DNA from: Octopus vulgaris
Taxonomy: Eukaryota
Length of the DNA: 64,000 bases
Assembly (NCBI GenBank): GCA_951406725.2
Contig: OX597822.1
Location: 30,132,001 to 30,196,000 of the forward strand
Direction of reading: 5' to 3'
The notes beneath the pieces were generated by a model. That model did not search any database and was not told the DNA's origin. It saw only the letters and a list, made by a program, of their open reading frames with translations. How positions within the stretch are numbered: position 1 is the stretch's first letter; each line of letters begins with the position of its first letter. A program made the translations under genes and the position numbers. This document shows, piece after piece, positions 27,553 through 42,759 of this stretch.

Positions 27553-27933
27553 TATGTGTGTTTGTATGTATGTATGTATTTATGTATGTATGAGTGCTTA
27601 TGTGTGTGCGCGCGTGGCGGTGCATCATAAACTGTTTGACCTAGGTTTTTGATAGATTTTTGAAAATTTGTATTCTCCTGTTTCATGTCTTTCTCTTTCT
27701 CTCTCTGAGTATCTCTTCCTCTGTCTCTCTGTCTGTCTGTCTCTCTGTCTCTCTGTCTCTCTCCCTCTCTCTTTCTGTTCTCTCTTTCGCTTTCTTTCCC
27801 CTCCCTCTCCCTCTCTTTCTCGATAACTATCTAGCTGTTCACCAATCGATTTATCTCAGTATTTGTCTCTCTCCTGTTCTATTTGTTTACTTTCTCTGTT
27901 TTCACTTAATTTTAATATCTCACTTGAATTGCA

Positions 27934-27978
<45 letters not shown>

Positions 27979-28522
27979 GATTTAAACTTCTGTCAAAAAT
28001 TCTTGACCTTTTGTGAGGCAAACGAAATGTTTTGGGTGTCTAAAATACCTTTTCTGAAGTTGACACTGTCACCCAGCAGGCGACGGTTTAATTCTCTCTT
28101 CCCACTCTCTCTCTATAAGCACAACATCTCTCCCTCTCCTTCACCAATCTACACTCAACTCTCTTTTCTTTTCTCTCTCTCTCCCTCACATAACTCTCTT
28201 CTTTCTCTCTCTGTCTCTTTATTTCTCCCTTTCTCCCTCCTTCATATTGTTTTCAGTCTATCTATTTTACTCACACACAAACGTATACAATCTTATACGT
28301 CAATTTTATTTGTCTGCCTGACTGTCTGACACCTCTTTCTGCCACCATATATCTTTCCCTCTCCCTCTCCCTCTCCCTCTTTTCTCTTCCCCCTCTCTCT
28401 CCAGCTTTCTGCCTGTCTCTCTCCTTATGTGTGTCTCTCACATGTCAAATTTCGTAAACCGGCTCGGCTGAACGAATATTGTTTTGCTGTACATTATATA
28501 CCGACCAACACACCTACCCAAC

Positions 28523-28578
<56 letters not shown>

Positions 28579-29392
28579 CACTGCCTTATACTGTACTAAA
28601 CTATAACACTTCAATATTGACAGCAAACAAGTACAACACAAAACCTTTTGGGTCTTGTTTCGAATAACATGCACTGATATCAAATATTCCATACAGCACC
28701 TTAATTTCCATATACTTAAAAACAATACAGAGAATATCTATAAGCTAAACACCACACCTAACTGACATTAGAGAACAAAATATAAATACACAAATAGACC
28801 ACAAGTTGTTCATAACAAATCAATTTATGATAAAAGGACAAAACGAGAACTATATAATAACGAATGCAAAGACAAATATCAGATAAAATATACGTAAAAA
28901 TTAACATAAAAGTGGAAAACCAATTTTAAAGGAAATTTGTTAAGCTCAACTTCGTAGTTATAATAAAAGACCAAACAGATAATTATAATAATAGATACTA
29001 GATAAGAAAAGGCAAAACAAATCATTGTAATAATAATAATAGTAAATATTGTATATATACATATATAAATAAATAAATATATATATATTATACAATCATC
29101 GTTAAGAAAGCATAAGACAACATAAATATAAACAGAGAACGTACAGTCATTGTCAAGTATAAGGAAGTGTAGGAAGGGCAGATAAAAAAGACAGGAAGAA
29201 AAGAAAGAAGGAAGGAAAGAAAGAAGGCAAGGCGGAAGAAGCAGAGTTACGTACAGAGACTGGAAGACACGAACTTGAGTGACAAAGTGCTTATACAACA
29301 TTGCTGATGGCTTCATCTAAGGTAAATAAACACTTAATCTACATTTAAATAGTTACGTATTTATGTATGTATAATCATAAATACATATATAC

Positions 29393-29450
<58 letters not shown>

Positions 29451-29519
29451 TCATTAATCTATCTATCTATCTATCTATCTATCTGTATCTAAATATATAT
29501 ATGTATATATATATGTATA

Positions 29520-29606
<87 letters not shown>

Positions 29607-29745
29607 ACATATATGTATATATATATATATATATATCCGTAACATTTAATCTACAGGTACAACATTTCATTTAGTTATGTAAGTAAATGTAATATTTGTT
29701 TAATTAAGAGTATCTTGACCCAGGTGACTATCTTTGCTTGCTGAA

Positions 29746-29776
<31 letters not shown>

Positions 29777-30444
29777 TGTATGTATGTATGTATGTATGTA
29801 TGTTTATGTGTGTATGTATGTATGTGTGTGTATTCGTGTGCCTGCCACTGACCTTTATTAACTACTTGAATTCTTCATATAAAAAGTAACTCGTTGGTTT
29901 CTAACAGAAATGAAATCCCCGTCTCAAGATTACAACTTAGATAACAGCAACAATAAAGAGCTACAAGCTAAACTTTAGAAATGTCTTGTATATTTTTACT
30001 ATTTTACATATAAATTTTATTTGCAAAATGCATATTAGCTGGTCAGTTTCTTGTCGTGAACATTCCAAAATTTTCATGATTGCCACTTACAAAATTTGTT
30101 CATAAAAACTTTTAAATCTTATAAATTTAATTGTTAGCAATATTGAAAATATAATATACAGATTGTTTAAAGATATTAACGTGGCCATATTCAGGATTTC
30201 GACCGAAGGGATTCATAATTATCAGGGGTGTCTAATTTGTATAAAAGATAGTATTAAAAGAAATGATAGTAATTATATTTGTATGAAAGTGAGGAAATGG
30301 CATTCGCGTTCGAACTTGCCGAACTCCAAAATTTTCACTTGCGCAGATGTAAGCGTGAATTTTTAGAGGGAGTAAAGATGTATGTATGTATGTATGTATG
30401 TATGTATGTATGTATGTATGTATGTATGTATGTATGTATGTATG

Positions 30445-30480
<36 letters not shown>

Positions 30481-30753
30481 AATTTCTAACATTTAGAGAT
30501 ATAATATTTTAAGGAAAACATACGGTTGGTGAAACTGCCCCAAACCTCATCACTGTTAACTGATCTGTCAACCCCCTAGGGATTACATTAAATATCGACT
30601 CTAGCTACATTTGAACTCATAACCTTAGGGGAAGGTATATAATATGAATCCTTACATCTTATCACACTGGAAATCACAATCGATATATATAAATATGTGT
30701 GTGTGTATATGTGTACTTATTTCTTTTATCTTTTATTTGTTTATACACACACA

Positions 30754-30820
<67 letters not shown>

Positions 30821-31340
30821 ATTTACATACATACATTAATATTTTATGTGCGTACATGTATACTATAATATACGTATTAATCCCCACCTCCACAATATTT
30901 TAGCATTGTGACTGTGTGAATTTACTGTCAAACTTCTTTCACATATCCTCATACGTCCCGGGTGTAGAAAAAAAAAGAAAAAAAAAAGAAAAAGAAATCG
31001 ATTGAGAGACGAAATACTTAGGGACATTTTTTCCCGCCCTTTACGTTCTGAGGTTCAAATCCCGCTAACGTTAACATTGTCTTAGGTCCTTTTTGGAGTG
31101 ATTGAAATAAGTACCAGTCGAGCACTGGAGGGCGATGTAATCGATCAGCCCCTCCCAACAAATCTTAAACTTTGTGCCTAAAGCAAAAACAATTATTATT
31201 ATTTCGAATTTGTCTTCCGTTCATTTGAGGTCGATAAAATAAGTACCAGTCACTGACCCCCACCCAATCCCCCAAAATGCCAAGCCTTGTGCCTTTAGTA
31301 GAATGAATAAAAATTGTTATAATTATTGCTGTTGTTGTTA

Positions 31341-32110
31341 AGGCGGCGAGCTGGCAGAATCGTTAGCACGCCGGGCGAAATGCCTAGCGGTATTTTGTCT
31401 GCCGTTACGTTCTGAGTTCAAATACCGCCGAGGTCGACTTTGCCTTTCATCCTTTCGGGGTCGATAAATTAAGTACCAGTTACGCACTGGGGTCGATATA
31501 ATCGACTTAATCCGTTTGTCTGTCCTTGTTTGTTCTCTCGAAGTTTAGCCCCTTGTGAGTAGTAAAGAAATAGGTATTTCGCCTGTCACTACGTTCGGAG
31601 TTTACATTCTGCCGAGGTCGACTTTGCCTTTCATCCTTTCGGGATCGATAAATTAAGTACCAGTTACGCACTGGGGTCGATATAATCGACTTAATCCGTT
31701 TGTCTGTCCTTGTTTGTCCTCTCAGTGTTTAGTCCCTTGTGGGTAGTAAAGAAATAGGTATTACGCCTGTCGCTACGTTCTGAGTTTACATTCTGCCGAG
31801 GTCGACTTTGCCTTTCATCCTTTCGGGGTCGATAAATTAAGTACCAGTTACGCACTGGGGTCGATATAATCGACTTAATCCGTTTGTCTGTCCTTGTTTG
31901 TCCTCTCAGTGTTTAGTCCCTTGTGGGTAGTAAAGAAATAGGTATTACGCCTGTCGCTACGTTCTGAGTTTACATTCTGCCGAGGTCGACTTTGCCTTTC
32001 ATCCTTTCGGGATCGATAAATTAAGTACCAGTTGTGTAATGAAGTCGACGTAATTGTCTACCCCCTCCCCCAAATTTCAGGCCTTGTGCCTATAGGAGAA
32101 AGGATTATTG
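31341..32110 (+). mobile_element. SINE family B tandem concatemer
   Basis: One head and four body units starting at 31389, 31573, 31757 and 31941 (period 184). The last unit has the short-tail variant. Confidence 0.9.
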
Positions 32111-32624
32111 TTACTACTACTACTGCTACTGCTGCTGCTTTGCTTTACTCCTAAGGGACGAAAGGCAAAGATCCTGCGGAGGTTAAATCTGTCCATCCCT
32201 CTAAGGATAAAATAAAGAACCAGTGAAATATTGGGGTCACGATAATCGATTATGCTCTTTCCACTCCCAAACTTCAGACTTTATGTTTGTGCTAGAAATA
32301 GCAATTAACATCACAAACAGTTACGTGATGTTACTGACGATTCGGTCTTTACTTTTGAATGTGTCATATTCCTAATTACATCATGTGTTAATTGCCGGTA
32401 GGCATTTTGCTACTTACAATTAGATGGGAAGAAGGAAATTCGAGTTATTTCTGTCAGAATAAGAAAACGTGGGGGCTGAGATTGTGTCAAATAAGTTAAC
32501 TGTTTACAAACATGATCGAGGTTTTATATTTCTTGCAGTTATTTGTGAGAAATTGCTTTCAGAGTTATCTGCCTTACATCAATAATGTTAAACACATTGT
32601 TAATATTTATACAGTTTCTATCTG

Positions 32625-32687
<63 letters not shown>

Positions 32688-32764
32688 GTCTGTCTCTCAC
32701 TCATTATACGCGTTCACACACATATACACATAGGTACATGTGTATAAATGTCTCTCTCTCTCTC

Positions 32765-32858
<94 letters not shown>

Positions 32859-32940
32859 TGTGTGTATGTGTGTGTGTGTGTGTGTCTCCCTTTCTATATA
32901 TAGAGAGAAAGAGGGAGAGAGAGAAAGAGAGAGAGAAAAG

Positions 32941-32974
<34 letters not shown>

Positions 32975-33218
32975 GATAGAGAGAGGGAGGGAGAGAGAGA
33001 GAAATATACATATAACTATACAGGATACAATTCTACTTAAGGGCGCAGAAGCTACCATGCCCATACGCTGAAAGTAGACGGCGAATACGTCCTACCACTT
33101 CAAATATTCACTCGACATATTTACACATAGTTACCTCTGTCTTATTTACCTCTCTCGTTCTCTCTTCCTTTCTGTCTCTCCTCCTCTCAGTATCCTTCTC
33201 TCTCTCTCTCTCTCTCGA

Positions 33219-33459
<241 letters not shown>

Positions 33460-33525
33460 TAATTTTACTCTGCTATGTATTGAGTACCTTACTTACTGTG
33501 GTTAACCCCGAATCAACCCGGGACC

Positions 33526-33579
<54 letters not shown>

Positions 33580-34230
33580 GGTGATTCAAAAGAAACGAGC
33601 TACAGCTATTAGTTGCGTCCCTTTGCAGTCCATGTTGAATTCCCTATCTTTCCTTCTACTCGGGATCGATAAACACTGTATCAGTCCGATCCCTCGTCAT
33701 ACTTCATTCCGGCAGGCGTTGGCAATCATGGACCTCCATGTCAAAGTCCCACAATACTCGATTACTCGTGGCAAAGATATAACAGTGTTTCCTCTTGTCT
33801 TACGCTGTTTTGTTTGCAGAAGACTTTGTTAGTGAGATGTCCTCCTGGGGTTAAACTTGAGGCACTGGACCTCTTTAAGGTTTAGACAGAAAGGATTGAT
33901 TCACGTGATATCACGGCATGTCCACACACCGTTGGGCCGATGTGACGCCTGTGACGCTTTAGAATGAGGGCAGCCGTTTTGTGAGTCCTGCATTCCTTAG
34001 ACGCGGACCCTCTGCTGACATTTTGAATCATAACTGGGGGGCCTCTCCGTAGGAATTGCCACTCGGTTCAGAGCGGGCCATTAATAGTGCAGTCTAAAGC
34101 GGGTCATTAACTGATAGTTAATCCTATTTTCCACTCCCTCAAAATATTTGATCTTCGTTTATTTACTTGAAACTAATATCATATAAGTGAAAATAAATAT
34201 CACAACTTTTTCTTACCTCATATTATATAT

Positions 34231-34598
34231 CCTCTGTGTGAAAAGTCTGGCTGCATACACGTTAGCATACAATTGACAACACAGTTAATTATGATTTATT
34301 CAGTGAGTTCTATTCAACACATGTTTACACGTGGAATTAGCAGAATCATTATTAACTTTGGCCGATAAAGTTGAACTGAAAAACCCTACAACGAGGCATG
34401 AATTGCACGAAGCCGTCTCGCAGTCTTGGGAAGAACTATCTGAGCGGAAAATTCGTGGATGTATTCAACATCAAACTCGTGTTCGGCGTCAAATAGTTGA
34501 CTGTCGTGGTGGTAACAGCTTCGTGTAATAAATTTTGTATTTATATTTGTTTCATAATATATATTTAATCGGATGCAGCCAGACTTTTCACACAGAGG
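34231..34598 (+). mobile_element. Tc1-derived MITE
   Basis: 26-bp TIRs cctctgtgtgaaaagtctggctgcat / atgcagccagacttttcacacagagg followed by TA. Internal NPTTRHELHEAVSQSWEEL...IVDCRGG resembles the Tc1 transposase C-terminus. Confidence 0.8.
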
Positions 34599-34902
34599 TA
34601 CAAATTTTGGGCCGCAGTAGAAGAGAACTGCCCTAAGTATTGTATATAGAGTAGTAATTTAAGATTTCGGTTTGAAAATCCCGCCAGAAACAATGATGCC
34701 ATTCGTTTCCCAAAGGTCGATAACCTAACTACTGAGTTAGAACGTCGGCAAATTTTATAGAGCATTGGATAACATTCCTAGAGGTATTCGTTTCGGCTTT
34801 CTGTATTCAGAGTTCAATAATCTCTGACGTCTACTCAGCCTTATATTCTTTCGAGGGTTAATAAATAAAATTCTAGTCCATTACTGCAGTTGTATTGGTG
34901 TA

Positions 34903-34945
<43 letters not shown>

Positions 34946-34949
34946 TCCT

Positions 34950-35019
<70 letters not shown>

Positions 35020-35284
35020 TTCCTTTCTTTCTTCCTTTCTTTCTTCCTTCCTTCCTTTCTTCCTTCCTTCCTTCCTTCCTTCCTTCCTTCCTTTCTTTTT
35101 CCCTCCTCCACTTTTCTCTTCCCCCTTCTTTCTCTCCTTATCTCTCTCCCCTTCCCTTTTCCTACTCTCTCTTCCTTCCTATCTCCTACTGTCTCCCCTT
35201 CCCTCTCTCTCCTTCTCTCTCTGCTTCCCTATCTCTTTCTCTCTTTCCCCTCCCCCCTATCTCTGTGGTACTCTTTCCTTGTCA

Positions 35285-35450
35285 TTTACTAGCGGGAGGA
35301 AATCGGTTTTGGTTTGGTCTGGGGCGGTATGGGCTCCAACAGGTATGAGATACCCAAGACTCGCAGAAATAAAGGCCGAAGGCAAATCGATGCAAGCAGC
35401 AAAGATATCCAGGAGCAATGTGGATGGGAAGCAAAGTTAATTCAATGGCC
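35285..35450 (+). mobile_element. Tc1 transposase fragment
   Basis: GRKSVLV / VWGGMGSN (cf. GG.SVMVWG) followed by EGK..A.K, frameshifted. Confidence 0.4.
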
Positions 35451-35564
35451 TACGTATCATTTCCCCGAAGTGGCAGATTACATTATTTAGATGTATCGAT
35501 CTCTCTTCTGAGAACAGATCCTCAGAGAGTCAAGCGTGCAGGCGATAGAATATGTTTGTATGTA

Positions 35565-35648
<84 letters not shown>

Positions 35649-35862
35649 TTCATTATTTACTGATTAAATAAGAATGGGGTCTCACATAGGTTTCCAGGTT
35701 TGTGCAAACATTGATTTCTTATATTGACACAAGACTACAGTTTATATTTTAGGGAAGGAGTAGCGGTCGATTATATCGATCCAAGTACCATTTTTGGCAT
35801 CCAACCATCCACCCATCAATCCATTCCCAACCACAAATCCATCCATCCATCCATCCACCTAC

Positions 35863-35986
<124 letters not shown>

Positions 35987-36539
35987 ACGAAACTGGTTTA
36001 GAGAAAGAGTTTTGTACACATGCACTTTGCAAGCTTTCGTGAGCGACGAGATCCTTTCAACTCATACTTAATTTTACTAACTCTGTTGGGACAACATTCA
36101 CAGTTGACCCTAGTGGAAATGGTTATATATTCTATCGATTATCGATCAATTTTTATTGAATTGCTAAATCATGGTTTTGATATGAAAAAACTGTACTGGA
36201 CGTTGGTTTGCATTGGTAAAAATGAACAAAGGAAAATAAATACATATTCATAACAAACTTCCGTAGGGCTTCCGGATATTGGGCTATCCATGCCTACAGG
36301 AAAAGACACCTACTAAATGTATCACGAATTGGAACTAAAAGTAGACCACATGGTTAGGAACTGGACTTAGGATATTTAACTACACAAGTTACTGCAATAT
36401 TTCTTTACACATTTCTTTGCACAAATATTATTGAATATTTGAAAATTATTTAGGAACTTTTTCAATACTACACTATTTATATTAGGAAAATAGTCGACTG
36501 CAATCGACTGATTGTGTGTAAGAAGACATACATATATAT

Positions 36540-36745
36540 AGGGGAGAGAATTCACAAAAAAAAAACATAAGACGAAGACAGGTGGTGTAGACAATAACGC
36601 TCGGGAAGTGAAAAAGTCTTTAATGTTTCGAGCCTACGCTCTTCCACAGAAAGGAACACAGAAAGAAACAAGGAGAGAAAATAATGTGTAGTGGTTAGCG
36701 ATCTATCATGGCGAATGCCGGACAGAAGGGTCACACAGGAGAGCT

Positions 36746-36783
<38 letters not shown>

Positions 36784-37000
36784 AAATGTATGTATGTATG
36801 TATCTATATCAATCTAGTTCAAATTTATAGAAAACGGTACCCGAAGAAAGGTGTATTAGTCTGACGCTCGGGAAGAATGGAAAAACATTTCGAGCTTACA
36901 TTCTTTGACGGAAAGGATTGAGAGGAAAACAATGGAGAGGGAACGAAACAAGAAACGGAGAGAGAAAGCAAATGTGTAGGGATTAAGGGTTCAACAAGGG

Positions 37001-37003
<3 letters not shown>
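36540..37003 (-). mobile_element. Two tandem PLE-like units with degenerate hammerhead motifs
   Basis: Minus strand cttt-CTGTGGA-a-gagc gtag gctc-GAAACATT-aaag (36655-36615), second decayed copy at 36815-37003. Related to the 13 kb and 52 kb units. Confidence 0.6.
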
Positions 37004-37047
<44 letters not shown>

Positions 37048-37559
37048 TTTATATTTAACGTATTTTAGCAATTATTCTACGGCCATGCTGGAACATGGCT
37101 TTGAAAGGTTTTAACAGAACAAAGTCTGATATTTATTATATCAATCTTTTATCGAACCGTTAGGATATGGAGATGTAAACAAAGAAACATCGGTCGTCAA
37201 GCGTTAGTGATGGTGAGGGATAAATGCAAACAAAAATATACACACACTCACACACACATACAACCTACACATACACACAAATACACACACATATGACGGG
37301 CTTCACACAGTTTTCGACTACCAAATTCACCTACAAAGAATTGGTAGCTCAGAGGTTGTATTGGGGTTTATAGTAGGATTCACTTTCCCCAGGTGCCGCG
37401 TAGAGGGACTGAGCCCCAGACCACATGACTGCAATGCGAGCTCCTTACACAGGTTGCCATTCCTGTGTCTATAAAGATATTTATTTAGTATAGTAACAGG
37501 ACTAACAAGCTTTTGGAAAAATTGGGGAAGGTTAAGAGAAAGCGGAGAAGCAAGAGAAA

Positions 37560-37599
<40 letters not shown>

Positions 37600-38030
37600 G
37601 TGTGAGAGAAATAAGTGGGAGGAGGAGCAAAACTGAGGATGATCGGTGGAGAGTGATTGAACGAGGAGAGCAAGTAGTGAATAATACTTTGTTTCTAAAA
37701 ATATTTGATTGAATATAGGCAAATATTTGGTGAATAAATAGAATAAATGGTGAATAAATGGGAATAAAAACCATTTCCCAGCGGTAGGACCATAGATTAT
37801 CGATTGTGTTGTATCAGCATTATAAATAATGCCTATGTATATACTAAGTACAAGTTGTTTCATACACATCTTGAACAACAGGTATTTAAGGATTTCAGCT
37901 ACGAAAACAACACTCCCAAGGTTTCTGGCACAAATCAGATTTTATGTGTCTATATGAATGCTATGAATAAATACGTATTCATACGCACACATATATACAT
38001 ACATATACATACATACACGCATATATATAC

Positions 38031-38061
<31 letters not shown>

Positions 38062-38062
38062 C

Positions 38063-38172
<110 letters not shown>

Positions 38173-38625
38173 GTGTGTGAGTGTACGTGTGTGTTGTGTG
38201 TGTGTTCTATGTATGTATGCATGCATGTATATATATATATATATAATTTGAATGGAGGCAATACCAGCGGAAAACTAGAGGAACATGACCTATTATCCAA
38301 TAGAACATTCAATATATATGTGTAATTTCTTCGACATTATAAAATAGTATAATTTATACACACATATATATAAACTCGTATGTAATTAGTGTGTATTTTG
38401 TATATGTATATCTGTATATTTTTATATGTATACTTATATGAATGTATACACAAGCAAATAGGTGCAAAAGAAGGTGGAATAAATAGTACTTGAATACCAA
38501 AGGTAGAGTAATTTACCATATTATATACATATGTGTGCGCATATATATATATACCAAAGTAAGCTCATAAATGTGAAACAAAGTTCGAAAAAATAGTACA
38601 CGAATACTGGATGTAGTGTAATATG

Positions 38626-38803
38626 CTTTATTAAAGCGGCAAAGAAAAAAAAGCGCAAAAATATCATAAAAATTGCCACTCAAAGCTTCACGTTCCCGTT
38701 CGTCAGACAGTTTAGATTAAACTGTCAGACGAATGGAAACGTGAAACTCTGAGTGGCAGTTTTTTGAGATATTTTTGTGGTGTATTTACAGCATCTTTAA
38801 TAA
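38626..38803. mobile_element. Head-to-head inverted PLE-like unit with hammerhead motif
   Basis: Arms centred near 38716. Merged reading aaactgt-CTGACGA-acg ggaa cgt-GAAACtctgaGT-g-gcagttt; each arm has a different core lesion. Confidence 0.65.
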
Positions 38804-38811
38804 TGATAAAG

Positions 38812-38878
<67 letters not shown>

Positions 38879-38929
38879 ATAAAAGGATAAAATTATCATT
38901 AAAAAAATAATAATATCAGGGGATAGCGA

Positions 38930-39072
38930 ATGTAGTGAGCTGGCAGAAACGTTAGCACGCCGGGTAAAATGCTTAGCGGTATTTCGTCTGCCGTTACGTT
39001 CTGAGTTCAAATTCCGCCGAGGTCGCCTTTGCCTTTCATCCTTTCGGGGTTGATAAATTAAGTACCAGTTGC
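38930..39072 (+). mobile_element. SINE family B, 3'-truncated
   Basis: Head and body match. Confidence 0.85.
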
Positions 39073-39274
39073 ACGCGCCGAATTTGCTGTGGGATGGCGT
39101 CTAGGAGAGTCCCCTACACAACCCCGAGTATGTAAGAATATCTGAATATTACAAATCAGGTGAGACAACTTGCCTTGGAATGAATGCGAGAGTAGCAGAT
39201 ACCGATATTTCGCCATTATTTTGGTTTATTAATACCATGCACTCGGACCATCCCAAAACGCACTGAATCTGGTC

Positions 39275-39620
39275 TATGACTTTAAACATAGTCTCTCTGG
39301 CGGTCCACGCACTTCTATCATCTATGTCGTAGCGCTTCGATACTGTTGGGGAAGAAGTTTTCATCCTATGAGTCAAAAATGTCGTCAACTGTAGATATGA
39401 CGCCATTGTCACTGCGACACTGGCTCCCAGCCAAGTGTTTCTTCGTGTTGGAGAACAGATGATAGTCAGACGGCGCCAAATCAGGAGAACAGAGGTTGAC
39501 CAACCAGTTCAAAACTACTGTCGTTGAAATTAAAGACTTGTATGCCGTAGCATTGTCGTGATGAAACAAAATCCCTTTCATCATATTTCCTGGGCGTCCG
39601 GTCTTGATAGGCTTTCGTAA
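39275..39620 (-). mobile_element. Mariner transposase C-terminal fossil
   Basis: KGILFHHDNATAY...SPDLAPSDYHLFSNTKKHLAG...KCVDRQRDYV. Confidence 0.85.
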
Positions 39621-40644
39621 CTGTCTCAGGAAGTTGGCTTCAGAGTTGGGTAGGAAGAGCTATTAGAAGACTTGAGGCAAAGATGCTCCTACAACATTTT
39701 ATTTAACAGGAATTATAAAAGAAAAGAAAATTGTGCAGCCCTTCACACTGGCGCTTTAGGCCACTACCCATCCCTGTCCCAACTTGCTAGGCCTCTGCAT
39801 ATATGGTAATGCTTGTAACAAAATGGTGTCGATTGAAAGCTCTCAAGGTCTTTGTCGTAGTTTTAAATCGAGAGACGGATTTTAAAGCGAGCGTGGGGTT
39901 AAGTGTGCGACACAAGAAGAAAAGAACAGTCGAAAAACAAATTTTTCCCATAGATTTTCCTTTCACTCAATTTTACATACAAAGCAAAGGTTGCTCAGAA
40001 GCTCTGTCTAAACGTACATGCCAAATCTGTTACAAAGAGAAACCCGGAGCCATGTGATGACTAAGTGAACTATTTGATCTCACTGCATTGGATGTTCTCA
40101 TGAATTATATCATTGGGTCGTTGTAAAGACTTCGTCTCGACGTCTTCATGTGTTGCATGGTGTTAGTAATGGAAAATTGTTGTTGCATTCTCAATTCCAA
40201 CATTACCAAATATGTGCAGCTGTTCACTTTAAGGCATTTTGATTAAAATGTCTACCGCCACTTAATCTCACACCATCAATCCCACCTTACTCTCTCTCTC
40301 CTTCTATCACCCCTCCCACTCTCTTTATCTCCGTCTTCGTATTTCCTCATAATTCTCTGACTCACGGTATTTATATTTTGTATGTGTGTTTGGTTGTGTG
40401 TCTGTATGAACATATACAAATGCATAGTGCATACATCCATACGTATATGTAATTATACATACATACACACACACACACACATATGTATATATATATATAT
40501 ATATATATCGATAGATAGTTAGTTATATATATATATACATACAGATACATATACACACATATATATATATGTACATATATGTATGTATATGTATATTTGT
40601 ATATATATACATACATGCACACACACACATATATATATATACAC

Positions 40645-40715
<71 letters not shown>

Positions 40716-40814
40716 TATATATATGTATATATAGGTATATGTATAGATTTATATATATATATAAATATATACACATACATACTTACGCACACGCATACAC
40801 TTACACACACATAC

Positions 40815-40885
<71 letters not shown>

Positions 40886-41262
40886 AACACAATAGTGGAT
40901 TGGAACGTGGTGTAGGAGTGTTATATATTGAACATGTACTAGTCTCTCGTTATGGGAACGTGACGTTCTTCCTAGAAGGAAATTACTCAACAGTTAAAAT
41001 GTCAATTCTTTTAGATTTTTTATCAATTTACGTCTATTTTCTGCTCTGCTCTTTTGTCCTGCTTTCCTGTATTTTATAATTGTCGCATGGAAGGACACAG
41101 CCATGTGAAGGCATGCACATTTAAACGACAATTACGCATCTATACTATTGGTATATTTAAGCTGATCATTCTCTCTGTCTGTACGTCTCCTTCTCATTGT
41201 CTGTCTACGTTTTTGCGTGTATGTGTGTTTGCTTGTGTGTCTGTATGAACATATACAAATGC

Positions 41263-41296
<34 letters not shown>

Positions 41297-41444
41297 GTAG
41301 GCGTTGCTTTGTGATAAGAAGTTTGCTTCCGGATCATATGGGTGCGGATTCAGTCTCACCGTACGGCACCGGCCAGAACAAAGCCTTGGAAGTGGACTTA
41401 GTAGGCGGAAAACGAAAGAAACAACCCGTCTTATCTATCTATCA

Positions 41445-41512
<68 letters not shown>

Positions 41513-41672
41513 CTCGTAATACACACGCACATTTATATACAAAACAGTATTTAAAACTGATATATATATATATATATATATACATGCACACATACATACA
41601 CACACACACACACATACACACATATATATATATATATATACATACACACATACACACACACATATAGATATA

Positions 41673-41736
<64 letters not shown>

Positions 41737-42180
41737 TGTCGTTATTTCGATTTTCTATTTGCGACAGAACAACGTCACAAAAACATAACTCGAATTTCAG
41801 GGAAGAATTGCAAAAAGAAAAAAAACCCAGATTACTCTTATAATTGCTGTTATCAAGTACACACACAAACACACACGCACAAACACACTCTCGCATGCAC
41901 ACAACCATGCACACGATGTCATGGATATATAAAGTGTGAATTCATGTTGACTCTTTGTTGTCTTCCACAAAAAGGTCTTAGTATAGGTTTCCAAGTTTGT
42001 GCAAACATCGCTTTCAAGATAAGACACGTTGAAAACATTGACATTTGGTGAAGCGGTGTAATACTGAAAACAAAATGGTCTCGAATACATAGAATATGTA
42101 TGTATGTGTGTGTGTGTATATATGTATGTATGTATGTACGTACGTACGTATGTATGTATGTATGTATGTATGTATGTATG

Positions 42181-42211
<31 letters not shown>

Positions 42212-42435
42212 GTATGTATGTATGTATGTCCGTATGTGCGTATGTATGCCTTTAAGCATGACTACGTTCATTTTATATGCATGTATATATACATGCATAC
42301 ATATATAAGTGTGTGTGTGTGTGTGTGTGTGCGTATATATATATATATTATTTATTTATGCACCCAGTTTCCCGGTTTCTATGGTGTATGTGTTCCCCGC
42401 AGCGTTACTCAAGAAACAGGAGGACACACACACAC

Positions 42436-42505
<70 letters not shown>

Positions 42506-42661
42506 GGGCCTGGCTGTGTGGTAAGAAACCTGCTTCCCAACCAAATACTTCCGGATTCAGTCCCTGAACGTGATACCTTGAGTAAGTGTCTTCCACTATA
42601 GTCCTAGTCCCAAAACTTGTGAGTGGATTTTGTCGACAGAAAATGAAAAAAAAACGCGTCG

Positions 42662-42730
<69 letters not shown>

Positions 42731-42759
42731 TTGTCGCATTGAAAATGACAGACCAAGTT

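Noticed and set aside
29257-29321. AG...GTAAAT bounded mini-exon candidate
   Set aside because: Stops in all three frames and a purine-rich acceptor context.
31389-32030. Regular repeats that could suggest a CRISPR array
   Set aside because: These are 184-bp tandem SINE bodies with no unique spacers and no cas genes, in a eukaryotic context.
33577-34036. Possible Tc1/mariner element from cagggtgattcaaaa to ttttgaatcataactg
   Set aside because: The right TIR is imperfect, has no TA flank, and no transposase similarity was recognised.
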